DNA of 57,322 bases from contig UYFQ01000367.1 in the NCBI GenBank assembly GCA_900617105.1, forward strand, positions 1-57,322, read 5' to 3'. The notes beneath the pieces are model-generated. The model was not told where the DNA came from and ran no database searches. It saw only the letters and a list, made by a program, of their open reading frames with translations. The translations under genes were made by a program, and so were the position numbers. Positions within the stretch are counted from its first letter, which is position 1, and each line of letters starts with the position of its first letter. This document shows, piece by piece, positions 36,785-49,094 of the stretch. Origin of the DNA: Hydrurus foetidus (taxonomy: Eukaryota).

Positions 36785-38510
36785 CACTGGGCACTGGACA
36801 TTCCAATTCCTCCAGAATTCTTTATTTATCCCCCACCTGGTACCTCCCACGGAGGGACCCACCCCCAATAACTTATACGGTTACTTAATCAGAAAAATTG
36901 GAATTTTTTTGAAGCAAATCGATCTTATTTCCGGCGATCGGATTCTTATTTCCGGGAACTGCGCCGTACGCCAATTTTCGTACGTTTGATGATAATCAAA
37001 CAATAATTCCAACTCGCCAGCTTGCATGCTGGATACCAACAGCGCAACAGATCATCAAGAAATTGACACGGAGCTCATTTTTGAAAGACACGTCGTCACC
37101 GGGAAGCTAGTCTTGTCTAGGTTTGCGCTTGGTAATATTGTCAGACAGTCGGTAGCGATTATTTGCGTGAAAAAAACGAATTCTAGCCCTTGTTGACTTT
37201 GTCCTCCCTGGCGTTTGCTCGACATCATAAATTCAGGGCGCGATCACGTACTACAGCGGTTTAGTTGGCACATTCAGCTAGAATCAAGCACTTTAATTGG
37301 AATTCAGGTTGCGCCATGACTCAGAGAAAAATTGAAATTGCTTCCATTTTGCGTGCAATCTGCTGACCTGCTTGCTATTCGGTAAATTAATCAACAGCAT
37401 CTGAAATTCTACAGGCGATGCGCAGTCACAGGAAGTCAGGCTGTAGGTAGTGATAGGCAGTGGGCAATGTCTTGTGCGGCGTGAAGAGCATGAGCAGTGA
37501 TCACTAGGAAGTGCGGTCGATGATGTCAGTTCTGTTCGATAAGGAGCAGTGCAGACATTCTTCAGTTCTGGAACGCGACTGCGTGAGGCAGTAGGTAGTG
37601 GGCAACGCATCGTACGGCGCACAGAGCATACAGCAACGGTAGCGATAGCTTTCACAGCAGCTTAACGATGGTAAAGGCAGCAGCAGCATGGTGGCAGCGG
37701 CAGTAACAGCGGCACACAACAATGGCGGCAACAACAGCAACCCAACTTAGATATCAACTGATCGGTGGCAGTAACAGTCGGCAGCAGCAACGGCAGAGGC
37801 ACTTTCCATAGCAGCGCAACGATGGCAGCCACACTTTCTTCTCTTAGATACAGACGTGTGCGAGCATATTTACTGATATCATCTTGCTCATTTGCTGTCG
37901 TCATGATGTCTGATTTCTGTAACTTTTTGGTTTGCCATGGCTAGGGCCCTAGCCCCAGCTCTTTCGCAGTGTAAAAGTAATAACAGCTACTAATACAAAA
38001 TAAAAAAAGAAGCTCATGCAATTGAAGAAAGGCACACTCTTTCTACGTGATTATCCAATCGACAGTCTTCAAAAATTTTCGCTAAAAATTACGACAATAG
38101 TTGTTGGCGCTTTGTGCCATTAATTATTTATTTTTTTTCGCTGCTGTAAAGACGTGTGTCAGAAGCCAAAGAATCTACTCTGCTACAGTAAGAGGTCTAA
38201 TTTTGCACCTTGCTGGAAAATATGCCCGATTGTGATTCTTCAAAGGAGACAGCATGAAGAATCTATACTGAGTATACCCTTCTACTTCTAAAGCTTATTT
38301 CCGGATAACTTTCCGGAATTAGGGTTCCGGCCTGCGGCCGGAAATAAGCCGGCTTCGCCGGAAATAAGCAAATTTTGGGGTGTACAGCACGGATCGGTTG
38401 GGGTAGTGGATTTTTTTTTCACTCCATACTAATTCTTCCTCCGAACCCCTCGTCACCCCCCAAATCCCACCCACGGCCCCCCAAAAAATTCCACTAAATA
38501 GGGCCCAGTG
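36785..38510. mobile_element. Possible degenerate TIR element
   Basis: CTTATTTCCGG motifs near 36923 and 36946 are mirrored by CCGGAAATAAG near 38338 and 38358; CACTGG…CCAGTG ends. Boundaries are uncertain. Confidence 0.25.
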
Positions 38511-39239
38511 GTGTCAAGAACCAAGTCGGAATCAAAAACCTAGTTGGATTTTGGTAGCTACGAGAACATTAATAAAAAAATTTCAAAAATCCTTTCTGAG
38601 TAGTGACTCCCACTAAACAAACAGTGGCGCATCCATTTCTGAAGTCAGAAAATTTCAATACAATTTTTTTGCCCTCATTTTCCCACAGTTTCAGAAGTGC
38701 TGAACTCAAATTCGATTACGAATGTGTTTTCGAGGAAAGTTAATTGCAAAATCAAATCCACAATAATTGAATTAGTGTAGACCTATAAAGGTTTGACTTA
38801 AAACGGAAAAGTTCTTGAGATGCAATGACTTCAGTCATAAAATTGGTTGTTTCCCCACGAAATCAGTGAAAAATCACGTCTGAAAACCGTGAAAACACCC
38901 AATTTTATGACTGAAGTCATTGCATCTCAAGAACTTTTCCGTTTTAAGTCAAACCTTTATAGGTCTACACTAATTCAATTATTGTGGATTTGATTTTGTA
39001 ATTAACTTTCCTCGAAAACACATTCGTAATCGAATTTGAGTTCAGCACTTCTGAAACTGTGGGAAAATGAGGGCAAAAAAATTGTATTGAAATTTTCTGA
39101 CTTCAGAAATGGATGCACCACTGTTTGTTTAGTGGGAGTCACTACTCAGAAAGGATTTTTGAAAATTTTTCATTAATGTTCTCGTAGCTACCAAAATCCA
39201 ACTAGGTTTTTGATTCCGACTTGGTTCTTGACACCACTG
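38506..39239. mobile_element. Foldback element: about 340-bp near-identical inverted arms with about 50-bp spacer
   Basis: Left arm 38506-38846 is the reverse complement of 38899-39239 with few mismatches. Termini CAGTGGTGTC / GACACCACTG. Confidence 0.9.
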
Positions 39240-39300
39240 GGGGCCTAAGTATACTTAGCACACAGATATTCCGACACCCCCGCTATATAACGGTACCGGT

Positions 39301-39668
39301 TGTCGTAGTCCACGCTTTAGTTCCACTGAATGGGCAACTAAATCCTTCCTGGGTCCGCTCTCCTTCTGCAACTTCAACCTGGCTTCTGATCACTTTCCCG
39401 GGCTCAAGGCGAAAGTGGGTTTGGTGTGATGTTTAAGGTAATTAACAATGCAACGTAGCTTACATCGTTCATGGAAACAGTCGAGAAATTCGATCTGTCC
39501 CGCACAGTCAAACATGGTGTACTTTCATTTTTAATGTTCCTGGATGTGGAAAAAGAACTTGGACCGGTGGAGTAGCGACCTCCACGTGGCACACGACGTA
39601 CGAAACGTCATTAAATGTACATACGTAATAACTTATACGGTTACTTTTATCACACAGTTATTCCGACA
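39301..39668 (-). repeat. Copia 3' LTR
   Basis: Direct repeat of 50233-50597, preceded on the sense strand by a short purine-rich tract ATAGGGGTG. Confidence 0.95.
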
Positions 39669-40327
39669 CACCCCTATGGCGTGAGTTGTCGGGTTGATGT
39701 ATGTGGATGTGAAAACGCAATAGTTCAAAAATACTCCGTTTACATGGAGTTGCACAGGTGGTGTATCATAGCATGATTTTGTAGGGTAGGGAAGTAGGGT
39801 AATGGTGAGGTTGGTGTTAGTTGTGACGTTAGATAATTTATTACACACGGGGTAATGTTAGCATCATAAGGTCTGATTGATCCTCATGAGAGTAGAATTA
39901 AAAACGCGCTACAAGATTTTTTAGTAACACACATAAGAATGCAATTAAGGCAATTTCCTAACTGGGTGAATCGCTGCACTCCGCACTTCTCTCTTGGGTC
40001 TGGTCCGCGCTCCGCGCTCCTCGCTCGTCGTGTCTCTGTCAGGGTTTTCTTGGGGTCTTGAGTGTTCGGGTCTTGGTTTCGATTCTCACTTGACGGGGCA
40101 GTAGGAAAATGACGGAGGTGGGTAGGAGGAACAGATGGAGTCTTGGGGTCTTTGTCATGATGCGCATTAAGGGGGAGTAGGAATGGATGGAGGGGGGCAG
40201 CAGGAATGACGGAGTCTTGGGGTCTTCTGAATCAGTCTTCGGCTGAAGCGGACAGCGGTAGTCTAGTAGGATATGATGGAGGGGGGCAGTAGGGAGTGAT
40301 GTAGTCTTGGTGTCTTCGTCGCTAGCA

Positions 40328-41297
40328 TCAAGTCTTCTTCCCAGATGGATATTGGAAGTGTGGGTTGGTCTTTTGCCGCGTGGGAGTAGGTGGTGGGTCC
40401 ACGTGATCCTCGGTCTTGCAGCCTTCTGCATAGGTAATGGAGAGGGGGGGGATGTTGAGTAGCTGCTTCCTCAGCTTTCTAAATAGCTCGCCCTGCAATG
40501 GCTTGGTTAGGATATCTGCGATCATGTCAGTAGTAGGTAAGTAGACAATGTCGATATCGCCTGTGGTAATCTTGTTGTGCAGGAAAAAATACCGTATGTC
40601 GACGTGACGTGTACGTTCACTATTAGAACGACCGTTACGAATTAACTGTATCGTGGACTGGTTGTCCTGGTACACTAGTGCGGGAGGCTGTGGGTGTCCT
40701 TGGCTCTCCAGGAAGTTCCTGGTCCATTGCACTTGGTTGGCGGCGTCGCTGAGTGCGACTAGCTCGGCCTCTGTGCTGGACTTGGTCATCAGGCGCTGTG
40801 TCCCGCTCTTGGCATAAATTGCCCCTTCCCCAATGTGACCACGCTACCTGTGTGGCTTTTCATGTCGGGGTGTATGGCAAAGGATGCGTCGATATATGCA
40901 GTAACACGGATAGGTTCATATACTTCAAATGTAAAACCCATGTGCTGGGTACCCCGTATGTACTGGATCGTACGGGACAGCTTGTCGTAGTCATCCCTTT
41001 GGGGCTTCAGCACCCGCTTGGTGAGGAATGCTACGGCCTTGAGAATGTCCGGCCTAGTCCTCTTACTCAGGTACAGTAGCTTAGCTGTAATGGAGTGGAA
41101 ACGCTCACGCAAGTCATCAGGTAATAATGGGTTAGATTCATCAGGTATAGCAAACAGATGGGCCGTGCAGGAGTGGTAGCCGTGCCCGGCATGTCCGTGC
41201 ACCCCTCAATGAGATCTTTTACAAACCCTTCCATCGTCATCTTGACTACTCCTTCGTTATTGAAGTCGAAGTGTAATTTAAAACCTTGCCGCGGTGT
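40328..41297 (-). pseudogene. Copia RT C-terminus and RNase H (frameshifted)
   Basis: LLYLSKRTRPDI, YIDASFA, KSSTEAELVAL, YQDNQS, RTRHVDIRYFF, MIADILTKPL. Confidence 0.92.
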
Positions 41298-44200
41298 TGT
41301 GATGGTACAGGATTTAGTACCACATTCCCACCCTCCGTAGTACCGGATAGCCGTCCGTACCTGTGGCTGAGAGTCCTTCCGACCTCTCGCAGACTGTTAG
41401 TTTACCTTGCAACGCTTTGCATGCAGAGTTTTACACCTCTGCAAGCCCATCCCCTCCTTTCTCGTTGTAAGCTAAACTATCTCTCTGACACCTCTTGCTC
41501 CATTTGGACTACAGTAGATCTACTCGTTCCGCTTTCCCTTCTAAATTCTACTACTTGGCCCCCTACTACCCATCCACCTATTTAGCTAGACTTCTGTCCA
41601 CGCGGTCCACCGAGTTTTCAGAAGTCCCTCCAAAGCATTTGGTTGGAGAACTCAGGATTCAAGCAAACGTTGTCATTTCGGCACGTTTCTCAAGACTTGG
41701 CACAATCGGTGAAACATAGGTATCCCCTATCTGAATTTCAACAAGCCGATCAAGACTCTCAAGCTCCTGAATCTCAAGAGCTTTCAAGATCTTCAAAGGA
41801 GGCCTTTCAAGATCTTCACGGATTCCCGATTGCTATATCGGTTGCCAGCTCTAAGCCGTTTCGACGCCAGCTGAAGAACAGAAGTCAATTCCTGTTTGAC
41901 GCAACATAGGTATCCCCTATCTGAATTGCAAAAGACTTCGCGGGCAATCATCAGCAGGACTTCAAGCCTGTACAAGACTCAAAGCAGCAACGCCTGCTCC
42001 TTTGGATTGGCCAACAGGAACCTGTTGGTGAGCCGAAGACCGGACTTCAAGTGCCTATAGACGAAGACTTTGTATTTTATCTTTCACCTGCTTCATTCGC
42101 CTAACCCAATCGATCAGACACCTGTCCAACCGATACGGCACGAGGCGAACCTCTTGCAAAATTTTTTTCAAGAGGGAGATAACTTAGAGGAATTCAACTA
42201 AAAGCGCTCCGGTCAGAAGCAGCCTGCTTAGCAGCTCTTCAGAAGGATGACACCAGAGCAACCACTTCCAACGCCCTCCCCTCCTCCAGAACCAGAATTA
42301 TCAGAGGAGGAGATCAGGAGGTTTGCGGAAACAGGGACTACGGGACCTCCAAGCCCGGTTAATGAACTCAACCTCTCATTAACATCACGGGGAGAAGAGA
42401 CCCAGAACTCCCTGGCGTCATCGATAACCAAAGCTCTTTCTTTTAACAAGAAACTCTTTGTGTTACAGAACACTCTCATCAGCTCGGATCAAGCTGAGAG
42501 GTTCCTTGCGCAGGCCGTCACCATGGGCGACTCCATCGACATCCAGCAGACTATGACTGAGGCGGCCATGGACACACTGGACATGAAAATCCGGTGCGAT
42601 CCGTCCCTAAAGGTCCTCGGCAAGTCGGAGGTTTCCCTATGGAGGACAAGACTGTCGCACCTTCAAATCGCCCGTCTTGTCAGCCAGTACTTTGGCAAGC
42701 GACACGATGAGAAGAAGACCCTGGCCGAGGTGTTCTCCAAAGTCAAGTTCCAGTACTGCATCGATAACGAGGATCATGAGATACTGATGATGGCGGATTA
42801 CAAGGAGGTCATCAAGGGGTACACCCGTACGGTGGGGGAGATCACTGAGGAACAACAGAGGGACCTCATCAAGATCTTCGAGAAGCGTGTCGCGGCGGAA
42901 GAGTCCCAGATCCGTCACGACTACTTCGACATGAAGAAGGCAGACAAGGTCGAAAGGATGGTGGCGTTCGTGTCGAACCCCAACAACCCTCAGACTGAAG
43001 ACACCTGGTTGACATGCGTCTACAGGTTCTGCAAGACACTCGCAGTCGCACGCCAGGCATTATTCAAGGTGGCTCAGTACGGCGATACCTCTATCGTCCA
43101 CACCTTCCCACCCACTAGCGTCAAGTCCACGGCATCAGCGGTAGGATGGTCTGGTCCCAGCAACTCCGCTGCGTCAGCCTCCTCTCGTTCGACGTCGGAC
43201 CTAGTGCAACAAAGGAGCGAGCGCCGAGCGTACAGCGCGGATCCGACTGAATGCCAGTGCTGCGGTTTCGCAACACACCGGGTTGCGGACTGCCCCTTCA
43301 AAGGCCTTCATGACACGAACAACCAGTACCACGTGTTATGGGGAGAGTCTGCGATGGGAAAGGCATGGATGGCTGAGGGTCATGACACCTTCGTAGAGCA
43401 CCTGTATCTACCAGGATGGGAACTTCGTCGGAAGAAACGCGCGGAGGAGTCCTCAGAGGATGCGGATACATCCAAGCGAGTCCGTTACAACAGTGAGTCT
43501 GAGGACGACCGTCCCGCGCGAGACCGACGCACGCTGCAGGAGCGGGAGAGAGACGACCGCGATCTGAACGAACGCAAAGCACGCGAGCGACGCGCAGACC
43601 GTGGCCGTTCTTCCAACCGCGAACGCAGTCGTGACAGAGACGATGACCGCCGAGACAGTCGTAGGTACGACAACAAGAAGGGAGGCGGACAGGGATCACG
43701 CCACAACAGGGCCAGGGGAAGCTCCCAGCCTAGGAGCAGTTCCCAACCAAGATCCAACAAAGGAAGTAAGTCTCTAGCTGCTGTAGACTCTGTCCATGCA
43801 CTCGCGCCTGCATCTGACATTGTTGCTGCCATACAGCCGCTTACTGCGTTACCTGCACTTTCAGTTGTCTTACCCATCCCCGTACGTACGGACCTTGTAC
43901 CCTCGGATGTGCAACCGCCCATCTCGACTAACCCGACTGATTACTTGTCTTGTAATATCTTTGCTGTACAGCGTAAAGACACGCAGGACGCGGTAATAGG
44001 ACATTCGAAACAAGTCGAGGGGGATGCGCTGCTGGACACAGGAAGCTTTCCGGGGAATTTCATTTCGCGTGACTGCTTAGTCAGAATGAATGCACTGCAG
44101 TACATTTACACCTCACCTGTTCCCATGACTGTATGCAGTGGCCTGGATCGCACCTGCTATCTGAGTGTCAATGTTGTAGACATAGGAATCATTTTTCAAT

Positions 44201-46244
44201 CGCACGACGATATTATACACACGGTGTACTTCACGGTTAACGTTAACCCTGACCAAGAAATCGATTTAATTGTGGGTCGGACAACCCTAGCGCTAAATAA
44301 TTTTAACATTTTGACACCATCCGCTTTGGGTTTCAAAGCACCGTCCGCACCACAACCGCCACCTTTGGCAGCTAAAAAGCCCGTCTCGGCCAAACCGGAT
44401 AAGCCCCCTAAGGACTACTCCCGTAAGACGGCCAAAGCGAAACCGCTTTCCTTTAAGGTGATTGCTTCGACACCAGCTGTCGCTGACGCGGAGACGTTGC
44501 CAGCACGTACTCCTGAGAAGTTGAACCCCTCACAGCGCAAGAAAGCAGCAAAGGAGAGAGCGAAACTCGCGGAGAAAATGAAGGCTAAGTATGGTCCCCC
44601 ACCATCTACCATAGACCATGTGGTTGCATCTTTGGTACCCGTCACCGACACTCAGCAGACTATATGCTCGCCAGATTGTAAGTGTGCAGCCCACAACGGT
44701 CTTGCTAACCGCCCGGCTCGTGGCAACGAGGGTCGTCAGCTTCCAGGCAACGTAGTTGCTGCCTTGGCTGTACGTACGGACGATACACCGCGTCCGGGTG
44801 TTGACCTCCATCAAACCCCTTCGCACACACCACTTATAACAAGCGAAGATATTCTCCACCCTGTCTGCGTTAAGCCCAGTGGTATCATAGTCTCCGTCGA
44901 TGAGATTGATAATGAGAAAGTCGACACTTTCGGTGCCTTCTTCAGCGACAACAAGGACCTTCATAGAGGGGAGGACGACACCAAAGCTTTCTTAGAGCAA
45001 TTTGTGTTCGCGGGTAGTGAGACCCAAGTACACAGATTAAAAGATCTTGTCATGGAATACCGAGACATCTTCAGCGATGTACTCGCGGAAAGAGCAGCGG
45101 ATTTAACTCCGTTCCGGTTTAATGTGGAGGAACCACTCTGGGAGACCCCAGGGAACAGGACCCCATGCCGACCCCAGTCGGTCAAGAACAACATCGAGAT
45201 AGAGAAAGCTATCAAGACGATGCTTGCAGATGGCGTTATTGAGAAATCAAACGCATCTTATTACAGTCACCCGGTGATTGTACAAAAGACAGAAGACAAA
45301 GTGCGGGTCTGCATCGACTACAGGAACCTAAACGATTGCATCAAGCCTGCCAGCTGGCCCCTCCCCAACATCCGTGGCCTCTTCGAAAGAATTGGACACA
45401 ACAAACCGACGGTGTTTGGAGTCATGGACCTGACGGCGGGATATCATCAGGCCCCACTGTACCCACCGCACCGGGTGTTCACGGCATTCCTGTGCTTCTG
45501 CGGCCTGTACCAATTTACCCGGCTACCGTTTGGACCTAAACGGGCCCCCTCCTACTTCCAGGAGCAAATGGTCACCAAAGTCCTTCAAGGCTTGCTGTAC
45601 GTCTCCTGCGAGATGTACTTGGACGACTGCATTGTGTATGCATCAGACGAAGATCAGTTCCTCACCAGACTGAAGAAGGTATTCCAACGCTTCCGAGAGC
45701 GCGGCCTTCTTCTAAAGGCTAAGAAGTGCAAATTTGGGCTGCCCCAGATAGAGTATGTCGGGCGAGTCATCTCTAAAGATGGACTGTCTATGTCTATGGT
45801 CAAGATTCAGTCGGTACTCAACTTTGAGAAACCGCGGAACCTTCACGCCCTAAGATCCCTATTGGGACTGGCGAACTACTTTCGGGGATTTGTACCAAAT
45901 CACTCCCTCATAGTAAAGCCGCTTCAAGATATGATTGACCACAAGGGCAAGAAGAACTCACCACTGGTGTGGACACAGGAAAGCTCAGACGCGTTCCAAG
46001 ATATCCGTAAGGCTATATCGCACTGCCCGCTGATGGTACAGGATTTAGTACCACATTCCCACCCTCCGTAGTACCGGATAGCCGTCCGTACCTGTGGCTG
46101 AGAGTCCTTCCGACCTCTCGTAGACTGTTAGTTTACCTTGCAACGCTTTGCATGCAGAGTTTTACACCTCTGCAAGCCCATCCCCTCCTTTCTCGTTGTA
46201 AGCTAAACTATCTCTCTGACACCTCTTGCTCCATTTGGACTACA
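41298..46244 (+). mobile_element. Gypsy LTR retrotransposon nested in Copia RT; RNase H, integrase and PPT deleted
   Basis: LTRs 41298-41513 and 46031-46244. 4-bp TSD GTGT at 41294-41297 and 46245-46248. Removing the element rejoins the Copia RT (…LTKH|RGKVLNY). Confidence 0.92.
42247..46071 (+). CDS. Gypsy gag-PR-RT polyprotein, truncated after RT
   Basis: Zinc knuckle CQCCGFATHRVADC, RD-rich tract, protease LLDTGS, RT motifs CIDYRNLN, DLTAGYHQ, LPFG, YLDD, LGLANYFR. The ORF runs directly into the 3' LTR. Confidence 0.93.
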   Translation: MTPEQPLPTPSPPPEPELSEEEIRRFAETGTTGPPSPVNELNLSLTSRGEETQNSLASSITKALSFNKKLFVLQNTLISSDQAERFLAQAVTMGDSIDIQQTMTEAAMDTLDMKIRCDPSLKVLGKSEVSLWRTRLSHLQIARLVSQYFGKRHDEKKTLAEVFSKVKFQYCIDNEDHEILMMADYKEVIKGYTRTVGEITEEQQRDLIKIFEKRVAAEESQIRHDYFDMKKADKVERMVAFVSNPNNPQTEDTWLTCVYRFCKTLAVARQALFKVAQYGDTSIVHTFPPTSVKSTASAVGWSGPSNSAASASSRSTSDLVQQRSERRAYSADPTECQCCGFATHRVADCPFKGLHDTNNQYHVLWGESAMGKAWMAEGHDTFVEHLYLPGWELRRKKRAEESSEDADTSKRVRYNSESEDDRPARDRRTLQERERDDRDLNERKARERRADRGRSSNRERSRDRDDDRRDSRRYDNKKGGGQGSRHNRARGSSQPRSSSQPRSNKGSKSLAAVDSVHALAPASDIVAAIQPLTALPALSVVLPIPVRTDLVPSDVQPPISTNPTDYLSCNIFAVQRKDTQDAVIGHSKQVEGDALLDTGSFPGNFISRDCLVRMNALQYIYTSPVPMTVCSGLDRTCYLSVNVVDIGIIFQSHDDIIHTVYFTVNVNPDQEIDLIVGRTTLALNNFNILTPSALGFKAPSAPQPPPLAAKKPVSAKPDKPPKDYSRKTAKAKPLSFKVIASTPAVADAETLPARTPEKLNPSQRKKAAKERAKLAEKMKAKYGPPPSTIDHVVASLVPVTDTQQTICSPDCKCAAHNGLANRPARGNEGRQLPGNVVAALAVRTDDTPRPGVDLHQTPSHTPLITSEDILHPVCVKPSGIIVSVDEIDNEKVDTFGAFFSDNKDLHRGEDDTKAFLEQFVFAGSETQVHRLKDLVMEYRDIFSDVLAERAADLTPFRFNVEEPLWETPGNRTPCRPQSVKNNIEIEKAIKTMLADGVIEKSNASYYSHPVIVQKTEDKVRVCIDYRNLNDCIKPASWPLPNIRGLFERIGHNKPTVFGVMDLTAGYHQAPLYPPHRVFTAFLCFCGLYQFTRLPFGPKRAPSYFQEQMVTKVLQGLLYVSCEMYLDDCIVYASDEDQFLTRLKKVFQRFRERGLLLKAKKCKFGLPQIEYVGRVISKDGLSMSMVKIQSVLNFEKPRNLHALRSLLGLANYFRGFVPNHSLIVKPLQDMIDHKGKKNSPLVWTQESSDAFQDIRKAISHCPLMVQDLVPHSHPP

Positions 46245-47666
46245 GTGTTTGGTTAGACCGGGGTATATAGTTTCAATCTGCTTTATAACCTCATCCACGC
46301 AGGATTCAGTTGAAGCAGTAATAATCATGTCGTCAACATGAATTACTAATGAGGTTTGTGTGTTATCAGTTTCGGTTCTATTGAATACGCAGATGTCGTA
46401 TTCGTTTGCAGTATAATTGAGTTTATTCAAATCGCTGGATAGTTTGTCATACCATAATTTAGCAGATTCTACACATCCATATAAAGCTTTCTTTAGTTTC
46501 ACGATACATGTTCCATTCTTATTTATGTATTTGTTATATGTTGCATCTATTTGTATTAGTGCAGCAGTCAGTTGTTTATTTAATCGCATGTATACAACAT
46601 GGTCACCGGTCAGCGGCATATCGCTATTCAGGAATGCACCGGGGAAATCAACAGTGGCAATGGCACGGTTCTGTTTAGCAGCAATCGCAGTTAGTATAAA
46701 TACGCTGGATGTGCTAGCAGTCGGAGACGCGCCGTTGTTATACACATCTCTATCTTGTAAGTGCCCACCGGCTACTAGTCTAGATTTAAGTTTTTCAAAC
46801 ATACCATCAGCCGTGTACTTTTCTTTTAGAAACAGACTACTCGGTATGATGGTGCGTTTTTGTCTAGGGGTAAGTGGTTCATAAGTTACGCCTTCCCATA
46901 CATCCTTGTCACACATTTGTTTTAGTTCGGATGTAATGAAGTCGACAGCTAGCACCTCTAACTTATTAATACCTTCACTAACAGTCATTTTATACAAGTG
47001 TGTATTATTATAAAACATGCTACCAACGTATATCTTATTCCATTTGCCTGGTTGGTGGTTTCTACCACTTCTACGTAGTACAGGTGAGTTATATTCTGTC
47101 TGTATTACATCAGGTGGTATTAATGCTTCAGGTTGTATTACATCATCAAAGTCATTTTCATCATCGCTGATACCAAATATATCGTCAATTAATACTTGAT
47201 CATATTTTGGTGAACGCTCATGTGTTTCGTATTGATTCGAATCATCATGTGTGTGTTCATCGTAATATAGTTCGTCATTGGCGTTAGTTGTGTCATTCAT
47301 ATATAGTGTGTCATCTACATACTCATCTAACGTCGGTGGCTGATTTTCATCATACATATCCAGTTGTGATTCAGGGTATGTATCGTTGTTATAGTGTTGG
47401 TTGTCTTCAGTAACTACTTCATCAGTTTCTTCTGCGTCAGCAGATTCATCTATGATGTCGTATTCAATGTCACCAATATATTCAGGGTCATCGTCAACAT
47501 CATCATCATCATTGAATACAGTGTGACTATTCTCGAATACAGGTTGTTTTACATTGGCAGTTTTTCTATTCGCTGCTAGGTTATTTAAATGTAACACAAC
47601 TTCGTGAGGCATGGGTAGTACAGTTGCTTTTGTACGTTTAACAATCTGTTCATTTGCTAACAACAT
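46245..47666 (-). pseudogene. Copia RT N-terminal part, interrupted by Gypsy
   Basis: KLKSRLVAGG, DFPGAFLNS, LKKALYG, IHVDDMII. Confidence 0.92.
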
Positions 47667-47707
47667 GTAGTACCATTAACCTTCTAGATTGCCGGAGCTC
47701 ATAAGTG

Positions 47708-49012
47708 CTATGGCCCCGACTGTTCTTGGTTATCAATAACATCATTATGCACTTGAACATAATCACCGAAGCCATGCTTAATCTCTTTGTCTACATCAAT
47801 CTTTCTACCACTAAGTTTCTCTCGTGGGCTGATGTGATCTATAGAGTTACGTGTGGGAGCTAATACAATTCTACTGACTGCGTACTTAACTAACCATACT
47901 TCAAGTTTCTCGCTTAATTCAAATGGCAGCGTGTTAATAACGGATCTGACTCTCTCTTTGATATGTCTAATCTTACGCTCCACTACGGCTACGGCTTCCC
48001 CGGCTCCGGTAACATCTAAAATGATACCTCTGAGACTGACTTTGTTGTGGAACCATTCGGTGTTTATGGCGCCTTCACCGTCTACTCTTATCATCTTAAT
48101 CTTAAAGTGATACTTAGTCATGCCTGCTATGGCTGTCTTTAGACTGTTCCATAGTGTCTTGTGATCTCTCTTGGCTAGCTTGCTAACAAACAGGAATTCA
48201 ATAGGCTGTACAACTGATACTAGGTAAGGTATTTGGTTGACAAACATTATATCAATGTACATGATCTGTTCTGTCTTATACTCTGTGCCTATAAGAGGTA
48301 ACTTCTCTTCTAGCTTAGCTTGGTGGCTAGTAGTTTTACCCTTTAGGGATCCAATGTCTGGTCCCCATATGTCTACTGCTCGGTGTACGTCTCGCGCAGT
48401 CACTTTACTGTTAGTCAAATTCCCTTGGGATATCAACTTGATAGTTTGTGCTGCGCTAGCGTAACCTAGCCTACGCTGATAGTCTCTAGCTAGCGAAGCG
48501 TCTCTGACCTCTCTAACTGTATACTTCTTCTTTTTCTCTTCTACGGTTGTAACTAATAGTGGCATGCATTTAGTCACCATAGTGTCAAGGTTGCACTGGT
48601 ATATATTCATAGATTCATCTCGCGAGAATCTGTAGAAATAGTTACCAGTGACATCCTGTACTATGTAACAGTCATGGTCATGTAAGTACATAACATCAGT
48701 ACAGTCACGTACAGCATTACCAAAAGACAGTATGTTACCAGCACAGTCAGGGCTATAATATACATTGCCGAACGCTGATTCGCCACGCTCCTTGACTATT
48801 AGCGGTTTTCCTTTCGGATTCACCCCGCTAACAATCATGGGAGTGGTGGCAGATTTTACATTGTATAACAGGGATGAGTCGTTGAATACCGACTCACCAG
48901 CACAAGTATCAAGCAGTATGTGTTTTGTTTTAATTGCGTTGTATATATTACAAGTGTTTGCACTAAATACAATACGGTCGCACGATTCAACCCCGCTAGT
49001 GGAGTCAGCCAA
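47708..49012 (-). pseudogene. Copia protease and integrase
   Basis: LLDTCAGES, YIDIMFV, IRVDGE, VERKIRHIKERVR. A frame break separates it from RT. Confidence 0.9.
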
Positions 49013-49094
49013 ACGTGGACCGGTGGGGGTAAGTGCATGTACGGGTGTGTGTGTGGGGGGGGTGCGTGTGTGGGTGAGGAATAATGTAATGCGT

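Noticed and set aside
41272..41297. Alternative Gypsy LTR start at TGTAATTT (41272)
   Set aside because: This stretch encodes Copia RT (HRGKVLNY) and gives no TSD; a start at 41298 gives the GTGT TSD.
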